A stretch of DNA of 61,855 bases, filler included, from Choristocarpus tenellus KU-1152 (Eukaryota > Protista > Phaeophyceae): assembly GCA_964200185.2 (NCBI GenBank). It is 8 parts of 8 records of this genome, joined end to end, with 100 filler letters (N's around TTAATTAATTAA, not from the genome) between each part and the next. Parts side by side here need not be neighbours in the genome. Positions count along the whole stretch, not along the records: positions 58,286 to 61,855 come from CAXNAD020019196.1; 7 more parts are not named here. One strand, given 5' to 3'. A program made the translations under genes and the position numbers. Of this stretch, positions 59,991 through 61,855 are shown piece after piece. Under the pieces are notes generated by a model, which had not been told where the DNA came from, did not search any database, and saw only the letters and a program-made list of their open reading frames with translations. Position 1 is the stretch's first letter, and the number at the start of each line of letters is the position of its first letter.

Positions 59991-61855
59991 CTAACAAATA
60001 AAAAAGAAAAGTAAATGACAAAAAATAAATTTACAAAAAATAATAACAGAGCATTTAGTGATGACCATGAAGAAGAGCAATCTATTTTAGGATATATATA
60101 TATATATACTGTATCTCTCTCTCTCTCTCTCTCTACATATAATATATATATATATATATAGATGAACAAAAAATTATTATCCCTCGACTTGGTGTGTATG
60201 CTCCTGGTTGACGTGTATGTACATACATAGCACCCATTTGTTTTTTTTCTGGTTCTACTTTCCTCTGAGTGGTGCGTGTAAGGATCGACTGATTAATGGA
60301 TCGATCCGATTGGCTCAACGTAAGGCATTAGATTGGCCTTTTCTACTGGTCGAAGTGGAAGTGGAAGTGCTTTACCTCTTGCATACCATTATTACTACCA
60401 CTGATAATAATAATAATAATAATAATAATAGTAATAATAATAACTCTGAATACTTCAAGGTACATGCTAATAAGTAATAATAATAATAATCTGGTGCTGT
60501 CAACGGAATCTTCAGTCAATAAAAATAATATATATACCCCAAAAATAAACAACCCAAACTCAAATGAAACTGCCAGCGTGCAAGGAAAAGTCGCTCCCCC
60601 CCTCCTCCCCCTTCCTGGTGAGTGACCCCGCCAGAGTCACCAAGAGATCTGGGCTTACTTCCTCCCTCTTCCTCCATCGCCAAAAGCGCAATCTATTTCT
60701 AATCTTTTTCTGATCTTTTTCTAATCTTTTCCTAATATGCCAGAAGCGGATCGCTGTGCTCATGTTTTGCTCGGAGGACCGAGGTCTGAGGGTACGGCAC
60801 CGAGGTTGTTCGAACTGAATTTTTAATTTTATTTTATTCATAATATTCTCAAGAATTTTATTTTTATTTAAATTAAATTAAATTAAATTAAATTAAATTA
60901 AATTTATTTTATTTAAAAAAAATGGATGCGTAGCAGTTCTTACTGCGGTGTTTTTCATTTATTGTAGAAAATTAATTAAAAAAATTCAGAGACGGTAAGT
61001 AAGACCCAAACGCAAACACTATTTGAAGGGAGTGTCTGTATTTTTTATATCATCTGCGCGGCTTCAGAATGGTGCAATAAAAAAAGGAACAAAAATAGAA
61101 GAACAAAAAATATATTAAAAAAAATGTATATAAAAAATAAATAAATATATATATATATAATCATATTTCTTTTTTCTCGGAGTGTATTTGTAGCGACGGT
61201 ACTTTGTTGTCACAACACCTTGGAACAAGAAAATCAAACAAATGCAAAAAAAAAAATGGTAAAAAAAAAATTGCTGTTCATTTTTTTTGTCAACAGATTT
61301 GAAAAAAATATTAAATTAATAATTTAAATTCATTTTCTATTTTTTTGTCAACTGATTTGAACTGGACCGTTGTTTTAATTTTGTCGAGTGGTTCACGATG
61401 CTATAATATTCCCATTTCTCTTCCCATACATACATACATATTTTTTATTTATTTATATTTATATTTATTGTTATTCACATCATTGCTGTCGTTTCTACTC
61501 ACTTCTACATTATCTTATCATTTTATCTCAGGGTTAGGGAGAGGAGGTCCCTCGACATCAACAACCCCGCGTGTGCACTCTTGTTTATTTCTTTATTTGT
61601 GTGTGTGTGTGTGTGTGTGTGTGCATATTTTTTTTTACTCTTTTTTGAAACTGGTCTGACTCACTGACAACCCAAACCATATTATATGAGGGCGGGCGGG
61701 GGGGCTGCATCCATTTCTGGTCGTAAATCTCAGTGTTCCGATTTTGATGGTAATATATATATATATATATATATATTTTTTTTGTGTTGGTTATATAATG
61801 TTTTTTATCGAGAATATTTACAAAAAGTACAAAGTATATATTTTTACTCCGTACA

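Overview
Eukaryotic genomic DNA, not prokaryotic. It has spliceosomal introns, TTAGGG-type telomeric tracts, microsatellites and a bacterial-type glucokinase; these suggest a stramenopile, possibly a brown alga or relative (inference). The window is eight separate contigs joined by artificial 100-nt spacers (N44-TTAATTAATTAA-N44), so adjacency across spacers has no biological meaning. Complete or near-complete genes: a ubiquitin-like/eL41 ribosomal protein fusion, a NOL9/Grc3 polynucleotide kinase, an HSF-type transcription factor, a carbonyl-reductase-like SDR and an 8-exon two-module AAA+ protein. Partial genes: a giant IQ-repeat/WW protein, a coiled-coil protein, a Glk glucokinase, a protein kinase, a kinesin and one unknown spliced gene. 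Intergenic and intronic DNA holds MITE-like families sharing terminal motifs, a ~58-nt retroposon-like repeat with TSDs, minisatellites and decayed retroelements. Highlights: (1) a divergent UBL fused through GG to an intact eL41; (2) an AAA+ protein with natural Walker B E-to-Q in both modules plus loss of sensor-1 and pore-loop residues; (3) the ultra-short stem-loop/(TAA)n retroposon; (4) a 34-aa IQ array whose variation looks like CpG deamination. All gene models were built by eye and no database searches were run.
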